Of a DNA stretch of 64,000 nucleotides, positions 32,074 to 42,679 are shown piece by piece. Position 1 is the stretch's first letter. The number at the start of each line of letters is the position of its first letter. The stretch is from an uncultured Planctomycetota bacterium (GTDB lineage: Bacteria; Planctomycetota; Planctomycetia; Gemmatales; Gemmataceae): assembly GCA_963849325.1 (NCBI GenBank), contig CAWKHF010000001.1, positions 288,001-352,000 of the forward strand, written 5' to 3'. A program made the position numbers and the translations under genes. The notes beneath the pieces were generated by a model that saw nothing but the letters and a program-made list of their open reading frames with translations, did no database searches and was not told where the DNA came from.

Positions 32074-33225
32074 ATGAGCGAGCGAATCCTCTGCGTCGAT
32101 GACGAGCCGAACGTGCTGGCGGGCTATCGGCGTCAGCTGCGCAAGCAGTTCGACATCGAGGTTGCCCGAGGCGGCGAGGAAGGGCTGGATGCGCTGGCAC
32201 GCGGCCCGTTCGCGGTGATCGTTTCTGACATGCGCATGCCGGGCCTGAGCGGGGCGCAGTTCCTGGCCCGTGTGCGCGAGGCTGCTCCGGACAGCGTGCG
32301 TATGCTGCTGACCGGCTTCGCCGACCAGCAGGCGGCCATCGCCGCCGTCAACGACGGTCACATCTTTCGCTTCCTCACCAAGCCCTGTCCGCCGGAGACG
32401 TTCTTGAAGGCCCTCGCCGCCGGCGTGCGGCAATATCGTCTCCTCCAGTCCGAGAAGGAACTATTGGAGCACACCCTGCGGGGCAGCATCAAGGTACTCA
32501 CGGAGGTGCTGTCGCTGGTCAACCCGTCGGCGTTCGGCCGGGCCGCGCGGGTGCAGCGTCTGGCGCGACGGCTGGCGGAGACACTGCGCCTGGAGGACGT
32601 TTGGCGGATCGAGGTGGCGGCCATGCTGTCGCAAATCGGCTGCGTCACCGTGCCCGAACCCGTGCTCGCCAAGGTCTTCCACGATACCGACCTCTGTCCG
32701 CACGACCTCGATATGTTCGAGCGCCATCCGCGCATCGGGGCGGAGCTGATCGGAAAGATCCCGCGCCTGGAGTCCGTGGCGGAGATCATCGCCTACCAGG
32801 AGAAGCATTTCGACGGCAACGGTCTGCCCGCCGACGACCGCAAGGGATCGGCCATTCCCGTGGGCGCCCGCATCCTCAAGGCGGCCCTCGATTTCGACTG
32901 CCTGGAGGCGCGCGAGCACTCGCCGAAGACGGCACTGGAGCGCCTCAAGTACCGCGACGGTTGGTACGACCCGGCCGTTCTCGATGCTCTGGAGCGGATT
33001 GCGGAAGAGGAGGCGAGTTACGAGAGCCAGGTACTCCGTGTCGGCGACATGCGCGGCGGCATGATCCTGGCCGAAGACGCCGTCGCCGTCAACGGCGTCA
33101 TGCTTCTGCGCAAGGGCCAGGAGGTCCGCGAGACCTTGCTCCAGCGCCTGCGCAACCTGTCGGCGAGCGGCTTGATCCGCGAGCCGATCCGCGTGCTGGT
33201 GCCGTCTCATCCATGCACCCGTTGA
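32074..33225 (+). CDS. Response regulator with degenerate HD-GYP-like output domain
   Basis: REC (VDDE, SDMRMP, TKP); AAMLSQIGC in place of HDIGK; YQEKHFDGNGLP in place of HHERxDGxGYP; IPVGARI, YDP. Confidence 0.85.
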   Translation: MSERILCVDDEPNVLAGYRRQLRKQFDIEVARGGEEGLDALARGPFAVIVSDMRMPGLSGAQFLARVREAAPDSVRMLLTGFADQQAAIAAVNDGHIFRFLTKPCPPETFLKALAAGVRQYRLLQSEKELLEHTLRGSIKVLTEVLSLVNPSAFGRAARVQRLARRLAETLRLEDVWRIEVAAMLSQIGCVTVPEPVLAKVFHDTDLCPHDLDMFERHPRIGAELIGKIPRLESVAEIIAYQEKHFDGNGLPADDRKGSAIPVGARILKAALDFDCLEAREHSPKTALERLKYRDGWYDPAVLDALERIAEEEASYESQVLRVGDMRGGMILAEDAVAVNGVMLLRKGQEVRETLLQRLRNLSASGLIREPIRVLVPSHPCTR

Positions 33226-33231
33226 GGGTGA

Positions 33232-33301
33232 CTCGTTTAGCCGCGACGCGCAGCGGAGCGCGGGATTCCCCGCGCTCCGCTGCGCGTCGCGGCTAAACGA
33301 G
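33232..33301. repeat. REP doublet family C (GTTTAGCCGCGACGCGCAGCGGAGCGCG)
   Basis: Near-perfect inverted pair; copies at 34973-35035, 45783-45847 and 56507-56572. Confidence 0.9.
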
Positions 33302-33316
33302 ACAAGCTCGACGGAA

Positions 33317-33685
33317 TTACTGGTCCTTCTTCTTCTTGCCGCCGCCCAGGACGCGGATCTCGGTGATCTTGTTGTTGTCGGTGACGATCACGGCCCGGAC
33401 GCCCTTGTCGCTGATGTTGGAAAACATCTTGTGCTTGAGGCCGCCTTCGATGTCGTCGCCGGCCTCGGCTTTCTTGGTCTCCTTGTTGAACTTGCCCTTG
33501 ACCACCTTGACGTTGGAGGCGGCCGTCAGCGTTTGCTCGTCGCCCTTCTGGCCCTTGCCCTTGGTCGGGGCGAAGGTGACCTTGTTTCCGTCCACCTTGG
33601 TGATGACCGCCCGGATCTCGTCGGCGAAGGCGATGCCGGCGCCCAGAACCAGGACGATCGAGGCAGCGAAGACTTTCCGCAACAT
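33317..33685 (-). CDS. Small basic secreted hypothetical protein
   Basis: AAGGAG RBS; signal peptide MLRKVFAASIVLVLGAGIAFA; Lys-rich, beta-strand-rich mature part. Confidence 0.75.
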   Translation of the reverse strand: MLRKVFAASIVLVLGAGIAFADEIRAVITKVDGNKVTFAPTKGKGQKGDEQTLTAASNVKVVKGKFNKETKKAEAGDDIEGGLKHKMFSNISDKGVRAVIVTDNNKITEIRVLGGGKKKKDQ

Positions 33686-33927
33686 ACCGTACTCCTTGTA
33701 AAACGGCCGCAGTTTGATCCGGCACAACGCCGGGACCATTCTCGAAGTAAGCCCGCGAGTCGGATGGAGGGCGAGGCGGAGGCAGGACCGGCGTCCCGAC
33801 GGAAACGGACAATCTCCGCGAGACGATGCGCCCGCCTCGGGCAACGGATTAAACCCGCTTGGGGCCGGAAGGTCTCGGCTGGACGTCACAATCTTTTTCA
33901 AAAACCCGAGGTGGGCTTCCGCGGGCG

Positions 33928-34770
33928 TCAGGGACGCGGCAGCGGAGCGGGCGCGTTCTCCGGCGGCGCCGGCCGCGTGAAGTCGATGCGGAACCAGTCG
34001 TTGGCGCGGACGTGAATGGGACGGGTGTCCTCGATGGCTTTGCCGGCCGCGTTGGTGTAGCGGACGCTGATCTGGTAGGTGAAGCTCTGACCGGGCGTCA
34101 GCGGCGGCGAGACGAACTCCCGAACCGCTCCCGTCTGGCGGGTCATTTCGCCGTCGATGCGAATCTCGGCGTTCTCCGGCACGGCGAGCTGCAAATGGGC
34201 GGCGTTATCGGGCGGCGGCGTCTGCCCCGGTATGGCGCCGCCGGGCGCAGCGGCGTAGCCACCGAAGGCCGGTACGGCGACCGGGCCGCCGCCGTAGGGC
34301 GGATAGAGACCATATCCGCCCCCGCCATATCCGCCCAGTCCGTAGCCTCCCATCCCCAACCCGCCGGCGCCGAGTCCCCCCAAACCCAACCCGCCGCCCC
34401 CGAGACCGCCCAAACCCAACCCACCGAGGCCGAGACCGCCCAGGCCCAGACCGCCTAAACTCAATCCACCTACACCCAGGCCGCCATAACCGTAATACGG
34501 CCGATAAAAGCCATAGCCGTAACCGGGATAGCCATAGCCGTGGTTAAACCCGCCGTAGTAGTTGTGGTAATAACCGCCGTGGTAGGGTCCGCCTTGATGG
34601 TATCCTCCGTGGTACGGGCCGCCGGGGTGTCCGCCATAACTGCCATGCCCGCCGGCGCCGCCGCCCCCATGTCCGCCGCCGCCGTGTGCGAGGATGGTCG
34701 CACTCGTTCCCAGAAACAACGCCGTCGTCATCGTCGCGGTACACAGAAGCGAACCGAGCCGCCCTAACAT
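33928..34770 (-). CDS. Secreted Gly/Tyr-rich protein with TIGR03000-like planctomycete domain
   Basis: Signal peptide, GGLGL repeats, then AHLQLAVPENAEIRIDG...TGAVREFVSPPLTPG..FTYQI. Confidence 0.8.
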   Translation of the reverse strand: MLGRLGSLLCTATMTTALFLGTSATILAHGGGGHGGGGAGGHGSYGGHPGGPYHGGYHQGGPYHGGYYHNYYGGFNHGYGYPGYGYGFYRPYYGYGGLGVGGLSLGGLGLGGLGLGGLGLGGLGGGGLGLGGLGAGGLGMGGYGLGGYGGGGYGLYPPYGGGPVAVPAFGGYAAAPGGAIPGQTPPPDNAAHLQLAVPENAEIRIDGEMTRQTGAVREFVSPPLTPGQSFTYQISVRYTNAAGKAIEDTRPIHVRANDWFRIDFTRPAPPENAPAPLPRP

Positions 34771-34972
34771 GGAATGTCCTCCCGGTGTCCGCGGGGCGAA
34801 AAGGGCGATACTATACTATTTCACTTGCCGAGAGTGCCGGGGGCCTGCGCCGGAAAGATTCTCGCCTCTTTGTCACGCCGACGGCGGGGAGACCCGGATC
34901 GATCCGTGCAATCGTGCGCCTTGATCCCCGCGAACGTCTCGTCTACACTGCGGGAACGCGAGCAGGCCGGGA

Positions 34973-35035
34973 GTTTCGCCGCGACGCGCAGCGGAGCGCG
35001 GGATTCCCGCGCTCCGCTGCGCGTCGCGGCGAAAC
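34973..35035. repeat. REP doublet family C
   Basis: GTTTCGCCGCGACGCGCAGCGGAGCGCGGG...CCCGCGCTCCGCTGCGCGTCGCGGCGAAAC. Confidence 0.9.
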
Positions 35036-35050
35036 AGATAGGAGGCCGCC

Positions 35051-35683
35051 TTGAGCGAGCACCATCACGACCACGACCATACCGAACCGCCCTCCGACTT
35101 GGTGTTGCGCGTGCAGGCGCTGGAATCGCTGCTGACCGAGAAGAGCCTGGTCGATCCCGCGGCGCTGGACGTGCTCATCGACGCCTACGAGACGAAGATC
35201 GGCCCGCGCAACGGGGCGCGCGTCGTGGCCCGCGCCTGGAGCGATCCGGCGTTCAAGCGGGAGCTGCTGCGGGACGCCACGGCGGCCATCGCCTCCTTGG
35301 GCTACGCCGGCCGGCAGGGCGAACACTTGCAGGTGGTCGAGAACACGGCCGAGGTCCACAACCTCGTGGTTTGCACGCTGTGTTCGTGCTATCCGTGGCC
35401 GGTGCTGGGACTGCCGCCGGTGTGGTACAAGTCCGCCGCCTACCGCGCCCGCGCTGTCGCCGACCCGCGCGGCGTCTTGCAAGAGTTCGGCACCGCGCTC
35501 GGCGCCGGCGTCGAAGTCCGCGTGTGGGACTCCACCTCGGAGGTGCGTTACCTGGTGCTGCCGGAACGTCCGTCCGGCACCGACGGCTGGAACGAGGAAC
35601 AGCTCGCCGCCCTGGTGACGCGCAACGCCATGATCGGCGTCGAAAAGGCGCGGTCGCCGCAAGAAGTCGGGAGGGAGGCATGA
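35051..35683 (+). CDS. nthA: Nitrile hydratase alpha subunit, cobalt type
   Basis: [22 protein letters not shown] metal-binding motif (Thr/Tyr variant typical of Co-type); His-rich N-terminus; GGAGG RBS, TTG start. Confidence 0.95.
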   Translation: MSEHHHDHDHTEPPSDLVLRVQALESLLTEKSLVDPAALDVLIDAYETKIGPRNGARVVARAWSDPAFKRELLRDATAAIASLGYAGRQGEHLQVVENTAEVHNLVVCTLCSCYPWPVLGLPPVWYKSAAYRARAVADPRGVLQEFGTALGAGVEVRVWDSTSEVRYLVLPERPSGTDGWNEEQLAALVTRNAMIGVEKARSPQEVGREA

Positions 35684-36348
35684 ACGGCGGGCACGACCTG
35701 GGCGGCATGCACGGTTTCGGTCCCCTCGACGCCGAACCGGAGGGCCGCGAGCCGGTCTTTCATGCCGACTGGGAAAAGCGTGTGTTCGCCCTGGTGCGCG
35801 CGACCGGGGCGCTGGGACGATGGAACAGCGACAAGACGCGCCATGCCCGCGAGCGTCAGCACCCCGCCGATTATCTGCGGCACAGTTACTACGAAAACTG
35901 GTTGGCGGGCCTGGAGACGCAGTTGCGCGAGACGGGCCTGGTAACGGCGGAGGAGTTGGCGACCGGCAAGGCGGCGGGGTTGGCCGACGAGGACGTGCGC
36001 CGGCGTCGCCTGACGGCGGAAGAGGCCGCCGCGTCCGTGGCTCGCGGTGCGCCGGCGACGATGCCGGCCGACACCGCTCCGCGTTTCGGACTCGGCGACC
36101 GCGTTCGCGCCGTCAATCGGCACCCGGCCGGCCACACGCGCCAGCCGCGTTACGTCCGCGGACGCGCCGGCGTCATCCACGAGTATCACGGCACCCACGT
36201 CTTCCCCGACCTCAGCGCCGAGGGGGTGCGGGTGGGCCGGCACTTGTATACCGTGCGCTTCGAGGCGGCGGAACTGTGGGGCGAAAGCGCCAACGGCAAC
36301 AGCGCCGTCTACGTCGATCTGTGGCAAGACTACCTGGAGCCTGCCTGA
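35680..36348 (+). CDS. nthB: Nitrile hydratase beta subunit
   Basis: [51 protein letters not shown]. Confidence 0.95.
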   Translation: MNGGHDLGGMHGFGPLDAEPEGREPVFHADWEKRVFALVRATGALGRWNSDKTRHARERQHPADYLRHSYYENWLAGLETQLRETGLVTAEELATGKAAGLADEDVRRRRLTAEEAAASVARGAPATMPADTAPRFGLGDRVRAVNRHPAGHTRQPRYVRGRAGVIHEYHGTHVFPDLSAEGVRVGRHLYTVRFEAAELWGESANGNSAVYVDLWQDYLEPA

Positions 36349-36728
36349 TGCCGTCTCCTTCTGTTGCGATCCACGATCTTCCGGCGCTGCCGCGCGACGC
36401 GGACGGGCCGGTCTTTCAGGAACCGTGGCAGGCGCACGCCTTCGCCCTGACCGTGCGTCTGTCGGAGTCTGGTTGTTTCACCTGGTCGGAATGGACCGCG
36501 TTTCTCAGTCGGGAGATCCAGGCGGCGCGGCAACGGGGCGACCCGGACTCGGGCAATACCTACTACCAGCACTGGCTCAACGCCCTGGAACGATTGTGCG
36601 TCGCCAAGGGATTGGTGGGCGACGCGGACATGCGGCAGCGCAAGGAGCAATGGCGCCGCGCCTATCTTCATACGCCGCACGGTCGGCCGATTGAGTTGTC
36701 GGCCGGACAAACCGAGCCGCGACCGTAA
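36348..36728 (+). CDS. Nitrile hydratase accessory (activator) protein
   Basis: PVFQEPWQAHAFAL, FTWSEW, YYQHWLNALERL, TPHGRPIEL; TGATG coupling to nthB. Confidence 0.9.
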   Translation: MPSPSVAIHDLPALPRDADGPVFQEPWQAHAFALTVRLSESGCFTWSEWTAFLSREIQAARQRGDPDSGNTYYQHWLNALERLCVAKGLVGDADMRQRKEQWRRAYLHTPHGRPIELSAGQTEPRP

Positions 36729-36783
36729 GGGAGCGGGCACAACCGTTCCCTTACGGTCGCGGCTCGGACAGTCGCGGCTCGGT
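36711..36783. repeat. REP doublet family A
   Basis: ACCGAGCCGCGACCGTAAGGGAGCGG...CCCTTACGGTCGCGGCTCGG plus an extra partial arm. Confidence 0.85.
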
Positions 36784-36796
36784 TGGGTCGGCTCGC

Positions 36797-37162
36797 TCAG
36801 GAATTGGTCGGCGGCGATCCTCCCCCGCTATCTGGGCCGCCGCGCCGCCTCCGCTCTCCGGACTCCGATTTCCAGTGGCGCCACGGCCGAAGGGACGGAT
36901 TGCGTGCCAGCACCGCCCCCGTGGCGATCGAAGCCACCGAGGCCACGATGCCGGCGACGATCTTCAGCGTCTGCCGGCGCGACGGCTTCGACGAGGGCAG
37001 GGCTACCGAGGGCACGCCGCCCGAGGACGGCGTGGCCTTGGCGCCGGCAGCGCGCACCGTCCCGCGCTTCTGGCAGACGCGACACAGGATCACCTTGTTG
37101 GCCAGGTCGTCGGCGACCTCGTAGCCGGCCTTGCAATTCGGACACTCAAACTTCACCGCCAT
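36797..37162 (-). CDS. Small zinc-ribbon membrane protein
   Basis: MAVKFECPNC...ILCRVC, then one TM helix. Confidence 0.65.
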   Translation of the reverse strand: MAVKFECPNCKAGYEVADDLANKVILCRVCQKRGTVRAAGAKATPSSGGVPSVALPSSKPSRRQTLKIVAGIVASVASIATGAVLARNPSLRPWRHWKSESGERRRRGGPDSGGGSPPTNS

Positions 37163-37457
37163 GACTCGTCCCTCACCGGATGTACGGCCCGCGGCTCGAT
37201 GGATCGCTCGCCGCGCACCTTTCATCATAGTAATGTAAGGAGGCGTCGATGAGAAGAGCGTGAATTCGCGCGACGCCGCGCCGGTAAATGTTTTGACAGT
37301 CTCTCGTCACGCGAATAGACTTTCCTCAATTCGCCTTGCGGAAACGGTCCCCTTGGAGTACGACGGTTTCTGGGGACCAACGGAGCGGAAACGTCCACAA
37401 AGTAGCGAGAAGAGGCGGCCGGCAGCGTCCGCCGGGAACGAGTGAGGAGAACGCGGC

Positions 37458-38295
37458 ATGCTCCCTTCCAGGCAACTGGACAGCACCGGGCTGGAGGAAG
37501 CCTACTATCGGCTGTTTCGTGAGTTCTTCGACAAGGCCGAGAAGAAGCGGCGCTGGTCGCTGCGCGACGACATCCCCTGGGACCAGGTCAACCGCAACCT
37601 CAACCCGGCCATCGCCGACGTGCTGGAGACGTTCTGCGCCGTCGAGCTGTATCTGCCCGACTACATCGACAAGGCCATGCCGATGCTGCGCAAGAGCCGC
37701 GGCCGAGCCTGGTTCCACGCCAACTGGGGCTACGAGGAAGCCAAACACTCGATGGCGATGGGCGATTGGCTGATCGCCTCCGGCCAGCGCACCGAGGACG
37801 ATTTCGCGCACCGTCGAGACGCAGGTCGGCGAATACGTGTGGGAGTTGCCGCACGATAGTCCCATCGGCATGGTGATGTACGGCATGTGTCAGGAGCTGG
37901 CCACCTTCTTGCACTATCGCAACCTGCGGCAATGCGTCGAGAACGACGCTGTCGGCGATCCCGCCCTGTCGAAGCTGCTCACCCTCATCTGCGTCGATGA
38001 ACGCTCGCACCACGACTTCTACAAGCAAGTGTCGAAGATGTACCTGGAGCGCGACCGCGCCGGCACCATCGAGGCGCTGCGCCGCGTCGTCCACACCTTC
38101 AAGATGCCGGCCGTCGATATGCTGGCCAACAGCCGTCAGCGCGTGCAGGCCATCCGCGAACTGAAGATATTCGACGAGGACGTTTTCTTCACTGAGGTCG
38201 TTCGGCCGATCCTGGACGTGCTCGGCATCGCCTGGTCGGAGTTCCGCCAGCGCAAACCGAATCGTCGCTCCATCTCCACGCCCTCCCTCCCCTGA
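37458..38295 (+). CDS. Acyl-ACP desaturase-like ferritin/di-iron protein (frameshift near 37805)
   Basis: DIPWD, VELYLPDY, WGYEEAKH and DERSH (two ExxH motifs), QELAT, FKMPA. Confidence 0.85.
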
Positions 38296-38303
38296 CGTTT
38301 TTG

Positions 38304-38381
38304 TCCGAGCCTGAAGCGTAAGCGAAGAGAACGGCAACCTTCTTCGGTTGCCGTTCTCTTCGCTTACGCTTCAGGCTCGGA
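38304..38381. repeat. REP doublet family B
   Basis: TCCGAGCCTGAAGCGTAAGCGAAGAGAACGGCAACC...GGTTGCCGTTCTCTTCGCTTACGCTTCAGGCTCGGA. Confidence 0.9.
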
Positions 38382-38530
38382 TTAGTCGGCGTCTCCGGAT
38401 CTCCCCTCTTGGACGCCGGCCCGACCCGCAATAAGATGAACTCCGCAGGGTGCCGGCGTGTCTTTTCCCTGGAGCGCGGCGAACCGCTGGAAAGCGGGCG
38501 AACGGGGTCCGGTTGTAGGGGAATTTCGGC

Positions 38531-38559
38531 TTGCAACGCTTATGCCGCCTTCCTATACT
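38531..38559 (+). promoter_or_regulatory. Sigma-70 promoter of the tRNA-tuf operon
   Basis: TTGCAA-N17-TATACT, 25 bp before tRNA-Thr. Confidence 0.75.
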
Positions 38560-38583
38560 TACTCTTTCCGCACGGGGGGGCTT

Positions 38584-38655
<72 letters not shown>

Positions 38656-38724
38656 TCCGCAGGTGAAACAAGCGGGAACGTGCGGCATCTCCCCCAGACG
38701 GTCTGGTGTTGGAGGAGCGACAAC

Positions 38725-38808
38725 GGGCAGATGGCCGAGCGGCCAATGGCACCAGACTGTAAATCTGGCGGACTCCGTCCTACGCAGGTTCGAATCCTGC
38801 TCTGCCCA
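38725..38808 (+). tRNA. tRNA-Tyr(GTA)
   Basis: GGGCAGA/TCTGCCC, CCAGA-CTGTAAA-TCTGG, long variable arm, GGTTCGAATCC. Confidence 0.95.
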
Positions 38809-38830
38809 TATGTAAAACCGTTGATGCAAT

Positions 38831-38903
38831 GCGGGTGTAGCTCAATGGCTAGAGCTCTTGCCTTCCAAGCAAGACGTTGTGGGTTCGACTCCCATCGCCC
38901 GCT
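38831..38903 (+). tRNA. tRNA-Gly(TCC)
   Basis: GCGGGTG/CGCCCGC, CTTGC-CTTCCAA-GCAAG, GGTTCGACTCC. Confidence 0.95.
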
Positions 38904-38905
38904 TT

Positions 38906-39349
38906 ATGGATGAGCAGCCCCTAAGACGTTGTCCGAAATGTAAGGTGATGAAGCCGGTTACCGACTTTCACCTGCGAAGTACAGGGCGGAGGCAGAGTTA
39001 TTGCCAGCCCTGCCTTCTCGCTTACTGCCAGGAGTATTATCGTAAGAACAAAGCGGTTTACGTTGCCCGCTCTATTCAATATCTGAAAAAAATTAAAGAG
39101 CTTCTTCGTTCCGCAAAGAAGAAGCCCTGTGCGGACTGTGGGCGGCAATACCCGTATTATGTGATGGACTTCGATCACCGTAATGGAGAAACCAAGCTGT
39201 TCAACGTGTCGGAATTGAATGGACATCGGCGGACCTCAAGGCGAAAACTCTTGGCCGAGATCGCCAAATGCGATGTGGTTTGCGCGAACTGCCACCGAAT
39301 CCGGACTTTCGAGCGGCGAATGAAAAAGGTAGATAAAGGAGAGACTTAG
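38906..39349 (+). CDS. Free-standing HNH endonuclease with N-terminal Zn-finger
   Basis: CPKC...YCQPC, then CADC...MDFDH...FNVS...[14 protein letters not shown]; visibly more AT-rich than its neighbours. Confidence 0.85.
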   Translation: MDEQPLRRCPKCKVMKPVTDFHLRSTGRRQSYCQPCLLAYCQEYYRKNKAVYVARSIQYLKKIKELLRSAKKKPCADCGRQYPYYVMDFDHRNGETKLFNVSELNGHRRTSRRKLLAEIAKCDVVCANCHRIRTFERRMKKVDKGET

Positions 39350-39421
39350 GCTGCTGTAGCTCAATGGTAGAGCACCACATTGGTAATGTGGAGGTTTTGG
39401 GTTCAACTCCCAGCAGCAGCT
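39350..39421 (+). tRNA. tRNA-Thr(GGT)
   Basis: GCTGCTG/CAGCAGC acceptor stem, CCACA/TGTGG stem around TTGGTAA, GGTTCAACTCC. Confidence 0.93.
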
Positions 39422-39498
39422 CTTTGGTTTGGCGAACGTTATCACCCGGCTCTCGGACGGCCTCCGGGGCCCTTGCTTTGAAACCAAGCGGAGGAACG

Positions 39499-40752
<1,254 letters not shown>

Positions 40753-40783
40753 CACCGCAGGCCGCAAGCGGCGGAGAGCGATC

Positions 40784-40936
40784 ATGCGCGAATACGTCTG
40801 GCTGGAATGCACCGTCTGCGGGGCGCGGAACTACCGCACCGAGAAGGAGACGCGCGGGGCCAACCGGCTCGAACTGAAGAAGTTCTGCCGCAAGGAACGC
40901 AAGCACACCCCGCACAAGGAATCGCGGAAGAAGTAG
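40784..40936 (+). CDS. rpmG: 50S ribosomal protein L33 (Cys-containing type)
   Basis: [20 protein letters not shown]...LELKKFC...HTPHKE. Confidence 0.95.
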   Translation: MREYVWLECTVCGARNYRTEKETRGANRLELKKFCRKERKHTPHKESRKK

Positions 40937-41011
40937 GGAGTCAGGGGTCAGAAAAGATAAAGCGAGGAACCGTGCATCGGCTGTCTTTGTCTTTTCTGAC
41001 CCCTGACCCCT
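40935..41011. repeat. Inverted heptamer repeat (AGGGGTC)n...(GACCCCT)n
   Basis: Two units per arm plus a complementary AGAAAAGA/TCTTTTCT core. Confidence 0.8.
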
Positions 41012-41016
41012 GCGGA

Positions 41017-41089
41017 AGGGGTGTAGCTCAATTGGTAGAGCACTGGTCTCCAAAACCAGCGGTTGAGCGTTCGAGTCGCTCCGCCCCTG
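41017..41089 (+). tRNA. tRNA-Trp(CCA)
   Basis: AGGGGTG/CGCCCCT, CTGGT-CTCCAAA-ACCAG; canonical position between rpmG and secE. Confidence 0.95.
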
Positions 41090-41231
41090 TTTCGCAGCGG
41101 GTTGGCCGGGCGCCGCTGGGGGCCAACCCCCACGCCAGGAGGGTCGGGGCCGGCGGCGCCACGCGGAGATGAAACCGGCAGGGTCGCCGGCAGCCTTCAT
41201 CTCCACCTTTTTTCTCAGGACAGGAACTGTC

Positions 41232-42640
41232 ATGGCCGTGGCCGTCAAGAACACGCCGGAAGTCGCCTCGGGGAGCCTGCTCGACCGCATGGCGGTGGCC
41301 AGCCTCGCCGGGACGGCGTACGCGCTGGGCACGCTCGGGATCGTCTTCTACCTGGTGCCGTCCCTGTGGCAGTCGCTGGGCTGGGAAGGCATCGTCTCCG
41401 TCACCGTGCGCGGCCTGCTCCAGCTGGCCGTGCTCGGCGGGTTGATCGTCTTCGGCGTCCGCCTGCTGGGACCGAAGGCGCTGCCCGGCGTTCGCGCCGG
41501 CATCTTCATCGGCCTCGCCGGTTTTCTGACCATGCTGCTGCTGACGCGCTGGGCCAGCCTGTGGATCGAATACGGCAGCTTCCAGCGCGGCCTGTACGGG
41601 CCTTCGGTCGGCGCCATCCTCACGGCCGTCGTCGGCGTGGCCCTGCTGGTGCTGGGCATCCGTCTGTTTCTGCGGCCGGCAACCGAGAAATCTCTGGTGC
41701 GGCTGGAGGACCAGGGCTGGTTCACGCCTCGGCCTACAAGGCGCTGCAAGGGCTGCGCGTCCGCCGCGGCACGATCTTCGGCATTCTCCTTCTGGTGGGC
41801 GCCGGCATCTGGACCCTGCTGATGCACAACACGCTCCGCAAGGGCCCGCCCGACTGGCAGCTCAACATCCCCTTCACCGGCCGCGTCACCGTCTACAACA
41901 CCGGCGACGTGGGGGCGGAGTTGGAGAAGCGCTACCCCGGTAAGGATTACTTCGACCCGGCCTACTTCGTGAAGGTCGGCGAGCCGAACGACGCCGATCT
42001 CCAGGCCGGAGACGTTGTCTCGCGGGCCGAGTTCGAGAAGACGGTCAAGGCGCTGCGAGCGGAGAACAAGACGCCGCCGACGGAAGCCAAACCCGACCTG
42101 CTCGTCGTCGATCAATACACCTTGAAGGAAATCAACCAGACCATCGACCCGGCCACGCACGTGAAGATTTTCCAGCCGGGCGCCTCGGATTTCCAGACCA
42201 ACCAGATCGTGGACACCGCCACGTTCAACGAGGCCAAGCGCGAGTTCAAGGACGACCCGCCGATCGCGGTGGCGCCGCAGCCGGCCAGCGGGCCGACCAC
42301 GTTGCGCGCCCTGACGCTGCTGCCGGCGATGCAGTTCAGCGTGCCGCTGCTGCTGTTGGCCCTGTCGCTGTGGCTGGCCTGGCGCGTGGTCAACATGCCG
42401 GCCTTCGCCGACTTCCTCATCGCCACCGAAGCCGAGATGAACAAGGTATCGTGGACCACGCAGCGACGGCTGGTGCAGGACACCATCGTCGTGCTGGTCA
42501 CGGTGGTGCTGATGGCCTTCTACCTGTTCAGCATGGACATGGTTTGGAAGCACGTGCTGAGTTGGAAGCCGATCGGGGTGCTGGTGATCCCCGAGGAGAC
42601 GCCGGAAACGAATGCCAACGTGGAAAACCGACCGTGGTGA
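41232..42640 (+). CDS. secE: Preprotein translocase SecE with very large N-terminal extension (frameshift near 41725)
   Basis: C-terminal FADFLIATEAEMNKVSWTT...TIVVLV motif; position between tRNA-Trp and nusG. Confidence 0.88.
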
Positions 42641-42679
42641 CGCCCGCCACGAAGCGATCGCCGACCAAGAGTCCGCGCC

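Noticed and set aside
34774-35679. 524-aa ORF suggesting a long N-terminal extension or alpha-beta fusion of nitrile hydratase
   Set aside because: The upstream part is an off-frame read of the REP and nthA; nthB starts at 35680 with its canonical MNGxHDLGG
38906-39349. HNH gene as part of a group I intron or an integrated prophage
   Set aside because: Both flanking tRNAs are complete and uninterrupted, there is no flanking sequence for a ribozyme core, and no integrase or att duplication is visible
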